A stretch of 63,969 nucleotides of DNA, counting the filler, from an uncultured bacterium (GTDB lineage: Bacteria > Auribacterota > CAZIXI01), in NCBI GenBank assembly GCA_964543115.1. It is 3 parts of 3 records of this genome, joined end to end, with 100 filler letters (N's around TTAATTAATTAA, not from the genome) between each part and the next. Parts side by side here need not be neighbours in the genome. Positions count along the whole stretch, not along the records: positions 26,137 to 51,330 come from CAZIXI010000016.1; positions 51,431 to 63,969 come from CAZIXI010000080.1; 1 more part is not named here. The stretch is one strand, 5' to 3'. A program made the translations under genes and the position numbers. This document shows, one piece after another, positions 47,101-52,388 of this stretch. The notes under the pieces were generated by a model. The model did no database searches and was not told the origin of the DNA. It saw nothing but the letters and a program-made list of their open reading frames with translations. The first letter of the stretch is position 1, and the number at the start of each line of letters is the position of its first letter.

Positions 47101-49957
47101 GCTCTTTTTACTGGCAGAAACCGGCAGCGGGCCAGAAATAAGCATGTCGAACTATCTGCGCAGACTGATTGACGATCCCCTGCCCTCCGTTAAAAAGGCC
47201 GCCCTGGAAGAACGGATAAAAATCGCCGGCAAAGAAGCGGTAACAGAACAAATAAATCAATTACTGGATTCCGCTAATCCAAGTTTTATAGCTTTGGCCC
47301 TGGAGGTTATTGCCGGCAGTAAATTGACGGCCCTGCGGGAAAAGCTGGAAAAAAGAATAATAGAGATCCACTCCCGGGCCATGGAACTAGCGGGGCAACA
47401 AGACATTGTCTACAATAAAGAAATCGAGGCCTTCCAAGAAGAAATACCGCCGTTATTGGAAACACTGGGCGCAATCGGCTTTAGCGGAAATATCCCCAAA
47501 GAGAGCTTTCAAGAATTAAAGAGTTCATCGGTTATTAAGCTACCTACATTACAGCAAGTTTACGGGAAAATACTCGCGCAAGAAGAAATAAACTCATTTA
47601 TTGGCGGCCTTGCTTACTTAGATAGACCCATTCAGTCTTTAGTGATGAACATCAGGACAGTTGACAGCTATCTGGAACAACAACCTGATTCGCCTGCCCC
47701 GGCAGCAGCAGCCCCTAAAATAATCGAGCTTGATCCGGAAGACGAAGAGATCCGCGCCCGGCTGCTTGCGAAAACAAAAGAGCTACTCAGCGAAGAACTA
47801 AAAGAAGATCAGGAAGTGATAGAGCAGAAGTTTGTCAAAACCTGCCTTGAAACTATTTATCAATTGGCAAAAGATAAAAGTGATTTTGCTATGCTTTTCG
47901 CCGATAACAAGCAACAACAATACGCCAGCGGAGAATTTAAACTTATATACAGAGAAACTGACTGGGAACTTGCGTTGCTGCTTCTTAAGATAGCGGTAAA
48001 ATTTCAGCTGACATATGACAAAGAATTATTCACAGCCTTTTTTGTTCTACATAACAATCCCCAGGTAGCAGAAAAGGCCATCGGTTTGTTTGCACAACTG
48101 TACAATGAAGACGGAGATATTGAATATATTCTGTCCCTTTTGGAAAAAGCTCCCCGAAACAGTTCCGACAAAAACAGCCTGGAAGAAACAATCTGCGAAA
48201 TAATTATTAGAACCGGCCGCGTACCAGAACATTTAAAAGAACGGCTTAATAAATTCGCCAATATTGCCTACTTGATCAAAATATTAGGAAATGAGATAAG
48301 ATGTTTTCAAGCCCGCCCCCCAAACAAGGATATGCGAAAAATAATTCTAAGACGTCTTCTCCAAATCGACTTCAGCACTGATGACGCAAAAACAATCTAT
48401 AGCTTTTTAGAGGATTACCTCACCCATCCGGAAGCCGCTCGTCTTTTGGGCAGGCTCTACCCCTTCGCGGCAGAAGGCCAGCGGCTAAGAAGAGATATCG
48501 GCAGGGAATTAATAAAACTGATAGATAGCAGCGACCCCGCAGTAAAAAAGGCTGCCTTGGCAGAATACCTAAAAATTGCCGAAAATGAATTTATAGAAAC
48601 TACGATCAATCAATTACTAGAGGCGGAGGAAGCCACTACCCGCATCCTCGCCCTGGAGATTATTATCGCTAACCGCCTGGACTTCCGCGAAAAGCTCGAA
48701 GGAATGCTCTTAGCGATAGCGAGCGAAATCCGACGAATAATAAGCCAGGGAAGAGGAGTCCCCTTAACCCCATATCTCCGTACTGAAGCAGAGCTCTTGC
48801 TAGAGGCAATCGGAATCTTTGGCCTTAATCAAAGAATTGACAGGAACACCCTGGGAACATTAACAGAAAGACTGACCATATCCGATGACACAGCTTACCG
48901 GGCGTCATTTCAGATGATGATTGACCTTAAAACCACAAAAGAACAATTAGATCTCCTGGTCGGACAAGAGCTGCCACAAAAGCAACAAGGAGCCTTAATC
49001 TACGGCTTAACCGGTTACTTAGTAAGACAACTAAATCTCGCCCAAACTGACTCGCTAACAGAGGACCCCGCGGCCGGCACAAAAATAAGCGGTGAAGCAC
49101 TCAGTGCAATTGAAATCCAGCAACTAAACACACAATTGCAGCAGGCAGAAGAAGACGGCGCTACGCTGGATATTTATGAAGACTGCCGCCAGTACCCGGA
49201 AATTACCTCTGCCCTGCTCTGGCTGCTGGATCAACAACCGGAATACAATCACCTAAAGAAGCACCTGCGACGGCGGGTAGAATTAAAGGTAGTTACCGCG
49301 GATAGCGGTCTGTTCCTAAAAGACAATCATGGCTTCCAAATAGGCAGCAAACGCGTCTATGCCTACACACATTACGACCGCAGCCATGATGCAGCGGTGA
49401 TCTATCTGCCCCAGCCCTTTGTTGACCTGGCGGTAACCATGCTTAACTGCCCGGGGCTGATCGGCGTGGACATCATCCATGATCTCTTGGAAGTAGACAG
49501 AGTAATAACTAATGAAAAACCGTTATTGAGTTTTACCGAAGATGACATGGAGGCCTATCATCACGAGGCCCAGCAGGCGGAAAAAACCTACGGCACGATT
49601 AACGGCCAGAGCACCCTGGATCTGTTTATTGAAATCGCCGAAACCCTGGAAGACACTGAAAAGATCCTCTCCCCAACCGCGGCAAAGTTACTTGTCTGGC
49701 TTTTGCTGAGGAAATTCCCCAATATGGATTCTACTAAAATGAAACAATTTATGCGTGGTTTTGCCACCAGAGACATCCTGCCGGAGGACTTTGACGACAT
49801 TTACACAGAGGCAGTGGAAAGCATCGATATATCAATCCAACACGAAAAATCCTTCTTGCCGCCAGCAGAACTGTCTGTCAACTTTCATCCGCCTGACGCG
49901 CTATTTTTTGAGGAGTCACCGGAAGATGCTTTTGTACTGGTAGCTGAATCAGTTTAA
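32150..49957 (+). CDS. Giant multidomain exported or membrane protein (5935 aa): EreA/ChaN/TIKI-like, zincin, TM segment, 2x ClpB-like AAA+ modules, GHKL-like, duplicated helical repeats
   Basis: Uninterrupted 17.8 kb ORF with promoter, RBS, signal peptide and recognisable motifs (HIQDAH, HELAH, GPSGVGKT, GPMGVGKT, 2x FDEIEKAH). Confidence 0.93.
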   Translation: MKRLVILTTVIAFLFNSVSYGYISRETPLANLSTTNYQIPNLPAALGVISDKWLPEKSAKAKIPLVIHIQDAHCVYEAQRNIASILKFLNKHSPLNIYVEGSNGPLDLSLLRSIPYPDIRAAVADNLMKKGMISGEEYFASTTENAPFIYGVENKKLYENNLALFRQVLSDSEKNRQQLNEKLSVLEQQQKESFNKNQRRFLKNYFAYRQNKISQKYYINYLSAKPACLPQPENISVYLKIQQLQNSYDTDKINRQREELLKKLLANLKKTELTALIQAGNEFRRGTLTAANFYQLIHTLARKQNINLAAYSDLTRYTKALQLYGNLQIKKLTADIETLEQRTIERLFTANTEKALINSIFHFSQLKNLLELKCNREQIAKLKRQKNKLDPGARQALKFYQLALKRDKALVKNLLRHKREANDPVILITGGFHTAGISELLKERGIPYISIIPKITKTVDATLYTERMLKKKTEIARLFSQPLLNNLRPPSFFSSITDKYDIYLMLETTILKAAAEYLSRACQRGRDLEEAKIEIFAQWSNKYLEEWKKSGKKDQLIKPGEFTAYLKKLVYGLELTGAIIFEVSAHGKVFEIQRTRSDQDWQIIIKRNAEIQPEFIKDPAVPWKGFLHKNGTITINLAHHRSKLDLLATWIHELAHLGWFSLLKTTNDKELYLRIRGEVFTILEKRLGTEYWQREKANWRAAPPQRILNEAFAIFAARHIIRKILRRTADTQWTSELELLTWALPPMADISNAMQITLSQHLDEENDLSSIFGTIPGIGNFIKTLGLNDLNYLKHCDPSFADSGIAMSCDRMKVRRTYPVWYREAYADQDIDEDALADKTDEVEEDIGEALDEYSDELAEASEDNEEIETDISDEPEQHDIRELTIMAVLRYIDEGKKIADFENLVNAVTTALTQGIGGEKPVLKQQEADAVREMLRESGKFKEMAEKTESEFGPLKEKRDTQKKKRAEEEAATEVTTEATGAAKKVIHELSKPGSTTKMILMLLIPTVLLALLAPKLLPYLCIALVLGMALMPNSPNPPGGGESASELIDKYTIDLTELARQQKLDDAAFLENKASAIQDRLKMSEANNAILVGDPIIGEGLVYALGTRFYTGSGIYPEMKGVRLLELNMPLFIDQLGVPGMLETEVAKLLETIAEQAKSEKIVLYVNFQDIAHIANIKSEVLSSVKFLLKEVIDNSEVPVIGLADEANYVRYFRDSEMRQSFGEIKLESPPHYNIVKRLKEFRRRFAQVYKEDLPEGIRITIKNDTIDEAIRIVQKYIPYGTMPNKVQEILDSIISERLYQQESLRVKKIDLRKRLARATNKLLAAYKAEQKDTISMLRAAINRFEEEYQMLLEEEEELNEFLAKLQETNKWEITIAEIIDRIAEESGIPAAAIKKKPSEQVQNFAATIKSTRVIGQDHAVDKVHEMLNLRYSGVGDDQKPIMSAICTGPSGVGKTELAKAVAEQLFGDPDAVIRFDMSEYMDKFSRSRLRGAPPGYVGFDKGGQLTEAVRRNPYSVLLFDEIEKAHPEVYNLFLQILREGRLTDSKGRVVDFTNTVIIMTSNLGMNEQIYNLYDFYEEFIELFAETPPELIWAYQNRNYLKKDDLGIYKTKLMARLVQGGKDLDDVLPKLDETAQTEFVKDQKRLIKFQKMFKRFRGLFKDNFDSALEHCVKHGHEKLEQNLKASLDSFIDEAVRDFFKPEFLSRVDAIGGTIIFNKLDPAALAKILELQLSKLREQLAELGYEFELSAEVKTLLVEQGYDVFSGARELLRQIDNLVLAPLARGLLDNQFTKGSKIYVKLDNDTITFEEQEAEEQLYQAPKRGSALRFLERRIRNKLDSGDDTDFDQEIVTEITGEELQTQSTQRSAEYAEKYKIEYIEPDIDPGLPAPLKEQALAKALAFHKETLAAFANLTEKSAGNRITDSFPAARDINSVMKIWKQKRRNFPFLLGRDQQELKELTESVARRGVDGEINKLQNTRIIRLKLEKLKKYFSLPGGFEDALRRMIDNIEKDGKNKDGLRTVIVINYDELASEIARTRGTVFSLPFFLKLFRAKETISFMFTSTNENIEETESFEQYFSLVRLTDPDPERVLEDMWLVRKDILEEKNQAQGEEQAVTISYEAIQEAVRLLNKYFPGYSRSATVVKWFSTIYPKIMGIKKRLRVRLDTAKDNLSEELEEILLDEQDEFPIDSEFLTNNPNILQFLREILTLQEEEKEQVRNKILPEDIVDIVQQQLKIPTDKLKEEEKSALLTLEDKLRERVVGQEEAVNGVADALRISACGLRPQHKPDGVFLFAGPMGVGKTELAKAVADVTDKELIEYDMSDFAEEHTVTQIIGAPPGYRGYDTVETLVDKVIKNPNCVLLFDEIEKAHPQIFDCMLQIMEDGRLTDSRGNTADFSNCIIIMTSNAGMQRKYIDKAGIPQTENLYDEIGEIVRTGDAQKIKALKKKINKRVNEDLRSQFRPEFLNRFNGIVTFNPFTQDTIKEVVVVNLRKNLARIEENYGINIEIGKDPEEQETIYNLLIRKGFKPEKGIAGLEVALRDYLLTPFTTFAGETDLADFVTQNKDVVVQINLSEDELSFTISEHTARSERKTEIRDLADTEKAIFNNMVQLLNRRQQTGESIKSTDLDRALDPRAPPLETPGKPLTLSNPQALETSNNNFRAKDPKLKKADFARIMAGIDETYGDNKKKKALIKKWLNAMVRAAKKYNIEEVIWTKGSRLIDFDSLRGGQLTEIFSEFIEATDAEKSVKLEWEIADSTEFHIKVTYNSRLTDKFHRLMFEREFSSDREIDNLDNARALAGILKATRKIRELGGEVNFEFDEQTGTTAVWLTVPFEKPAPAPETKPAAPAATPPADTTPAEITAAWLLQNVGPAQSAGTLSIENTLKIAKPLYETWKKIGVHYTLGRNTISMALTGSLGIKTYCQENDIPFDFVEKIFNAIGWQIKDDKLVYEQETKIELGQVNQILYPLKWITWFIGQASIAETIEQITEIEFPEELAAVKPELYRQLLLTADDQPAIPTIESAFTRRRLLLLRLREAIKAGAAVDIAALRIKIAELAGKTPPASQPAPAAGSAKGILTGEKDKLSAWILMLLNLRRPETIKTVWNEISSRAAGLEFRTLSDNAYRTLKPGTLIKTRRGELAISLESPDHMEFRCFDVGTDPSSGEVLFGRISYDRYEERLTYYPLEGWKEDSAESADNTPPIESIMARLETLLAELSSAQLQNPAAAAQKDRISPALPQMQELADLLEPFALILEPDFSIEQIVLKKERRRAGAFIRRILASDKHSDPIVLLEKILHQARLDFPFRANHFEKLIELEKKLPEWLALAAKRTEKQLAPPLPAEAKERLPHLIGQFHTAVYLKKTKKSIALWDQLAQTLLEFDQEKDFPPIDLEKDPATLERGDILKHKEHGYLILERLFYPNMLGQSYAEQPLYGSFIYKEYEKDKWKIMRIELPIAELKNTNQFYRSGFDSKMVPLTPAPQSAESADDTPPMPTMQDLKILFYTRDIKLDFRPGYDEDRIEFDEVDKGWSTGIGRIRVSAKVSDPIILLEKILAKIRLHDLFRTQETLRYDVEQFEEKLQEWLALPARAARRKSAAPLPAEPASQTEEIPANLPQLDNLLLETGIDPMDTNPLTAALLDTLLSLIETYQASVGLDILENTDLQELLTREWFYEILVAIWAFQPKPTVKERLLAILAKSPFYPGATTEGSNPAPAADQPAAAPAAKRKYQNPFYIPWETRSIVQELARSIPTDKEISDAELLLKLPADILLGTQRITGGILIRLLGITNSPQKQRVMKMLSGMYNSKRSINTIIQLYKFPNWNYDLLPQFLELITILFTDSPLRYADIADSLEELRSTLQTAAGKDNPEKSNFKDYLAAALETTERLKWLDRLQKSPDREKELNTLSGQEWFKIPNYLVLGKKQKFLGIQQIILEIVAGNPEIGLSLKNHAITITQIMATISRTEPMIPDEYRITALKALTKLEKGSFSRQLLEDLEKILKSDDYTMPVRRAAAITYGKLLTRNYLREDSRFEKLKRDLPVELYHLINLSLSDVSSRPESWRLVDTINYILSRLQAPDVLAHLLDTLPESSWPDYQDQLVVNATVPDRETSLKSLAALRRLDLPGTANTLQDLFADFYLVDLSPEQEEHYREFAYTIGWLLEDWQLKKYRSALQTTDNARLPEWVIAGWLDRQWTEKQITPSSPTTDPGASTSPEAPGVPLPAEPVTPAEKERQRLINEAREILDRRDDNTEQRLYALNILFRFEAGHAEIEIPAEITGTPENSQEILLSIAAKINAGQKLFRDDLIALFAMQPSQLKTSILELLPKVLTFEELENIAGTQTGQEKSKNAPCALKALGLITKQTGRSLSEERLKVLLLRITTDWSKNSTSWLALGRIRHANSVKTAEKFSSVMNNRWTEMGLREKGAVLQLVGENPALRIPLKYQQQILSAIKDILKNKEFVRTEIPAVIKALENLEPPDEPEKMRPLMEALENIITKTIEAEEKSTSYTDLLPVGIAASITLGRLLTKDYLEWSMTNNGFFYGITRDPREWQRQWLKSMTLIFMLQKTRRQIDWLTNDYIDVPLRTILMRAAPRLACLENAFIADLEKHIDDIIVIATSSNQKGAEAAFAILRQFTNSGDVVNRLTNTLKNPDLSLSIKEISEIAYTIGWHLSGNINKVNAFITGRLDRSKSNTWYVARWLTAGWINSQLRKTEEETSPANNPGTPAAEPDPDSPLRTDLTTEEIRGRLITAVKTVLQGQLQLPANERNPEYIQTCLDTLYKHTRNLNDLEILFTANGRQQYRNFRPELLSNINDEGLLLLLRILVKHNIKTNINTFLYSFIVSANEEVAREAIKILLNLYNEPADISIIWRNLMDFTEATEEEKKRIAKTLIEIVVRNGKIPRNLDDRFRTLPEIKYLEVILGNEVETCEDPPANIDLQKILLKRLLQILIRQEDIEIIYSSLGKFAPCAELARLVARLFLLAETGSGPEISMSNYLRRLIDDPLPSVKKAALEERIKIAGKEAVTEQINQLLDSANPSFIALALEVIAGSKLTALREKLEKRIIEIHSRAMELAGQQDIVYNKEIEAFQEEIPPLLETLGAIGFSGNIPKESFQELKSSSVIKLPTLQQVYGKILAQEEINSFIGGLAYLDRPIQSLVMNIRTVDSYLEQQPDSPAPAAAAPKIIELDPEDEEIRARLLAKTKELLSEELKEDQEVIEQKFVKTCLETIYQLAKDKSDFAMLFADNKQQQYASGEFKLIYRETDWELALLLLKIAVKFQLTYDKELFTAFFVLHNNPQVAEKAIGLFAQLYNEDGDIEYILSLLEKAPRNSSDKNSLEETICEIIIRTGRVPEHLKERLNKFANIAYLIKILGNEIRCFQARPPNKDMRKIILRRLLQIDFSTDDAKTIYSFLEDYLTHPEAARLLGRLYPFAAEGQRLRRDIGRELIKLIDSSDPAVKKAALAEYLKIAENEFIETTINQLLEAEEATTRILALEIIIANRLDFREKLEGMLLAIASEIRRIISQGRGVPLTPYLRTEAELLLEAIGIFGLNQRIDRNTLGTLTERLTISDDTAYRASFQMMIDLKTTKEQLDLLVGQELPQKQQGALIYGLTGYLVRQLNLAQTDSLTEDPAAGTKISGEALSAIEIQQLNTQLQQAEEDGATLDIYEDCRQYPEITSALLWLLDQQPEYNHLKKHLRRRVELKVVTADSGLFLKDNHGFQIGSKRVYAYTHYDRSHDAAVIYLPQPFVDLAVTMLNCPGLIGVDIIHDLLEVDRVITNEKPLLSFTEDDMEAYHHEAQQAEKTYGTINGQSTLDLFIEIAETLEDTEKILSPTAAKLLVWLLLRKFPNMDSTKMKQFMRGFATRDILPEDFDDIYTEAVESIDISIQHEKSFLPPAELSVNFHPPDALFFEESPEDAFVLVAESV
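37736..37771 (+). repeat. CGCAGAG repeat with 9-10 nt period inside the giant gene
   Basis: ACGCAGAG TACGCAGAG AAGCGCAGAG TACGCAGAG. Confidence 0.8.
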
Positions 49958-49969
49958 ACAACCAACTTT

Positions 49970-51097
49970 CTAAGTTACAAAATCAAGATAATTATCTTTA
50001 GTAACAATATTAAGCTCTGTTTGGGGATAGGCAGCGGCCCATTCACCTGGCCTTTTCTTAGCCTTACCCCCGGTCCACTTGCATTCAAAACCCGTCAGTT
50101 TTCCGTCTCTTTCTTCAACCAGATCGATTTCTTGACCGCTATATGTCCGCCAGAAATATGATGCTCCATATATTTGTTGATATGTTATTTTCTTCAATCT
50201 TTCAGTAATAATAAAATTCTCCCAAAGTTGTCCGACGTCATTGCGATTACTAAGGTTATTAAACTGTAGTATTAAGGTGTTCCTAATACCGTTATCAAAA
50301 AAATAATATTTGCTTTTGCTTGTAATTTCTTTCCTCAGGTTCCTGCTAAATCCACCGCGCCTGGTAATAACAAATGCCTTTTCTAATAGATCTAAATAAC
50401 GCCCCACCGTCTTAACATCAATACCTAACTGAGTGGCCAGTTCCGTCATGGAAACAAGGTTACCGACTTGGAATGCCAGTAATTTCAACAGATCTAATAA
50501 TACCTTTGAGCCCTTTATTTTGTCTAATTCAAGAATATCTTTTAAGACATAAGAATTTACGATTTCCTGTAAGATAACAATTTTTTTTTGGCGTTTTTTG
50601 GCGACAATAACCTCGGGATAGGCGCCAAAGATAAGAAAATTCTCCAGCTCTTGCTTGAGTTCATAACTATTATAGTGAGCTAGGAGCTCCAACTGCGAAA
50701 GGGGATAAAGAATGAGGGTCCTTTTTCTCCCTGTAAGCGGTTCCCCTATTTGATGAGAGAGATCGAATGATGAAGATCCGGTAGCAATAACTTTAATACC
50801 GGGCACATGATCAACAATGATTTTTAAACCAGTACCAATATTTGGGATTCTCTGCGCTTCATCAATAGCAATTAACTCATAGCCCTCAACATATTCTAGA
50901 ATCTTCTTAAAGTCTTGTGAACCTAAAATATGCTGTATACTGATATTATCTCCGGAATCAAGTTTATACTTGTGATTCGTCTCAGAAAGAAATTTCTCTA
51001 ACAATGTAGTTTTTCCTACCTGTCTTGGGCCATAGAGCACTAAGACCTTCTGTGACTCTATGAATACCTCTAAATTATCATAATATCGCTTAATCAT
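49970..51097 (-). CDS. AAA+ ATPase with DUF4143 domain
   Basis: GPRQVGKT Walker A, IAIDEAQ Walker B, ATGSSS, LTGRK, KYYFFDNGIRN, FWRT...EID; start ATG 51097 chosen from promoter position. Confidence 0.92.
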   Translation of the reverse strand: MIKRYYDNLEVFIESQKVLVLYGPRQVGKTTLLEKFLSETNHKYKLDSGDNISIQHILGSQDFKKILEYVEGYELIAIDEAQRIPNIGTGLKIIVDHVPGIKVIATGSSSFDLSHQIGEPLTGRKRTLILYPLSQLELLAHYNSYELKQELENFLIFGAYPEVIVAKKRQKKIVILQEIVNSYVLKDILELDKIKGSKVLLDLLKLLAFQVGNLVSMTELATQLGIDVKTVGRYLDLLEKAFVITRRGGFSRNLRKEITSKSKYYFFDNGIRNTLILQFNNLSNRNDVGQLWENFIITERLKKITYQQIYGASYFWRTYSGQEIDLVEERDGKLTGFECKWTGGKAKKRPGEWAAAYPQTELNIVTKDNYLDFVT

Positions 51098-51103
51098 ATT
51101 TAC

Positions 51104-51132
51104 ATCATACCATAAACACCCATATTTGTCAA
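51104..51132 (-). promoter_or_regulatory. Sigma70 promoter (leaderless)
   Basis: TTGACA-17 nt-TATGAT with TGn, 6 nt before ATG 51097. Confidence 0.7.
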
Positions 51133-51218
51133 AATATATGGACATTAATTCCATGTATTTTGCTTAAAACATGGAGTATGATTCTGGTAACATATTCTAT
51201 CTAAATATCTTACATTTA

Positions 51219-51329
51219 TCACCAGTACAGGCGTTCAAACCGTTTGGAGAAACGCTTGATCCATTCGTGGGAGGCTTCCTGGAGGGTTAGTTCACGTCCC
51301 AATTCCACCGAACGCAAATCGCGGTATTC
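51219..51329 (-). CDS. C-terminal fragment of a hypothetical protein (contig edge)
   Basis: EYRDLRSVELGRELTLQEASHEWIKRFSKRFERLYW*; resembles small DUF4032/PilZ-associated tails (from memory). Confidence 0.5.
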   Translation of the reverse strand, partial: EYRDLRSVELGRELTLQEASHEWIKRFSKRFERLYW

Positions 51330-51330
51330 G

Positions 51331-51430
51331 NNNNNNNNNNNNNNNNNNNNNNNNNNNNNNNNNNNNNNNNNNNNTTAATTAATTAANNNNNNNNNNNNNN
51401 NNNNNNNNNNNNNNNNNNNNNNNNNNNNNN
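51331..51430. other. Artificial contig-joining linker
   Basis: 100 nt of N with central TTAATTAATTAA. Confidence 0.97.
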
Positions 51431-51432
51431 AC

Positions 51433-51705
51433 CACCGGCAGCAACACCCGGTAACAAGAAAAAACATCAACACCCTCTTAACCGGCCTGGCCCCCATCGC
51501 CTTAATCTCCGCTATCGCTACCGTCTGCTACTATCTCGCCCTTGAGCAGGCGGCAATAACCAAAGTAAATCCACTCATCCGCACCAACCTTATCTTTGGC
51601 TTTTTCCTCAGCTATTTCTTCCTGAAAGAACGGCTGGACATCAAACGTAAGATAATCGCCAGCAGCCTCATCCTCCTCGGCGCCGTCCTAATCACTATAT
51701 CTTAG
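51433..51705 (+). CDS. EamA/DMT-family transporter, C-terminal fragment (not in the ORF track)
   Basis: ...YYLALEQAAITKVNPL...LSYFFLKERL...LILLGAVLITIS*. Confidence 0.85.
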   Translation, partial: HRQQHPVTRKNINTLLTGLAPIALISAIATVCYYLALEQAAITKVNPLIRTNLIFGFFLSYFFLKERLDIKRKIIASSLILLGAVLITIS

Positions 51706-51707
51706 TA

Positions 51708-51736
51708 TTGACACCGCCACTTCGTTAAATTACAAT
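51708..51736 (+). promoter_or_regulatory. Sigma70 promoter of cysE (leaderless)
   Basis: TTGACA-17 nt-TACAAT, 7 nt before ATG 51744. Confidence 0.7.
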
Positions 51737-51743
51737 TATATCC

Positions 51744-52388
51744 ATGTTTAAAAATATGCGTGAAGACATTAAAACCGTATTCGCTGAAGACCCGGCAGCC
51801 CGGTCACTGCTGGAAGTTCTTTTATGCTACCCGGGCCTGCAGGCGATCTGGTTCCAGCGAATGGCCAATTTCTGCTGGCACCATCGACTGAAACTGCTCG
51901 GCAGATTAATTTCTCACCTTAGCCGTTTTATTACCGGAATCGATATCCACCCCGGCGCGACAATCGGCCGCCGGTTTTTTATCGATCACGGCATGGGTGT
52001 AGTAATCGGTGAAACCGCAGAAATCGGCAATAATGTGCTCATGTACCAGGGCTCGGTGCTTGGCGGTACCAGTCTGGAAAAGATAAAACGGCATCCCACA
52101 ATCGGCAACCGGGTAGTAATCGGCGCCGGGGCAACACTTCTGGGCCCCATCACAGTAGGTGACGGCGCCAGAATCGGCAGCGGTTCAGTAGTTGTAGAAG
52201 ACGTACCCCCGGGCGCCACCGTAGTGGGCATTCCCGGCCATGTTATCCTGCCCAAAGAAAAACGTCCCAAACCGCTAATGGATCTGGAACACGGCCGCCT
52301 CCCAGATCCCGTAACCGAAGCCGTAAATAAACTTATCCAGCGTATAGATACCCTTGAAGAACGCATCCGCAAATTTGAGAACAAATAA
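51744..52388 (+). CDS. cysE: Serine O-acetyltransferase
   Basis: [44 protein letters not shown] hexapeptide repeats. Confidence 0.96.
   Translation: MFKNMREDIKTVFAEDPAARSLLEVLLCYPGLQAIWFQRMANFCWHHRLKLLGRLISHLSRFITGIDIHPGATIGRRFFIDHGMGVVIGETAEIGNNVLMYQGSVLGGTSLEKIKRHPTIGNRVVIGAGATLLGPITVGDGARIGSGSVVVEDVPPGATVVGIPGHVILPKEKRPKPLMDLEHGRLPDPVTEAVNKLIQRIDTLEERIRKFENK

Noticed and set aside
33215..49943. Many antisense and alternate-frame ORFs over the giant gene and other genes (e.g. 44623-45660, 6786-7808)
   Set aside because: Shadow ORFs of biased codon usage with no recognisable motifs
32150..49957. Giant ORF as a collapsed or duplicated assembly artefact
   Set aside because: Internal repeats are strongly diverged at the nucleotide level and composition is uniform; read mapping is still advisable
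49943..49957. C-terminal SV as a classical PDZ class I ligand
   Set aside because: Ser is at position -1, not -2; kept only as a possible lineage-specific tag
51150..51175. TCCATGT-N12-ACATGGA operator upstream of the DUF4143 ATPase
   Set aside because: Short, single instance, no cognate regulator identifiable
26137..51704. Functional linkage of genes across the contig gaps (e.g. ATPase genes with cysE or the dehydrogenase)
   Set aside because: The joins are artificial; order and orientation are unknown
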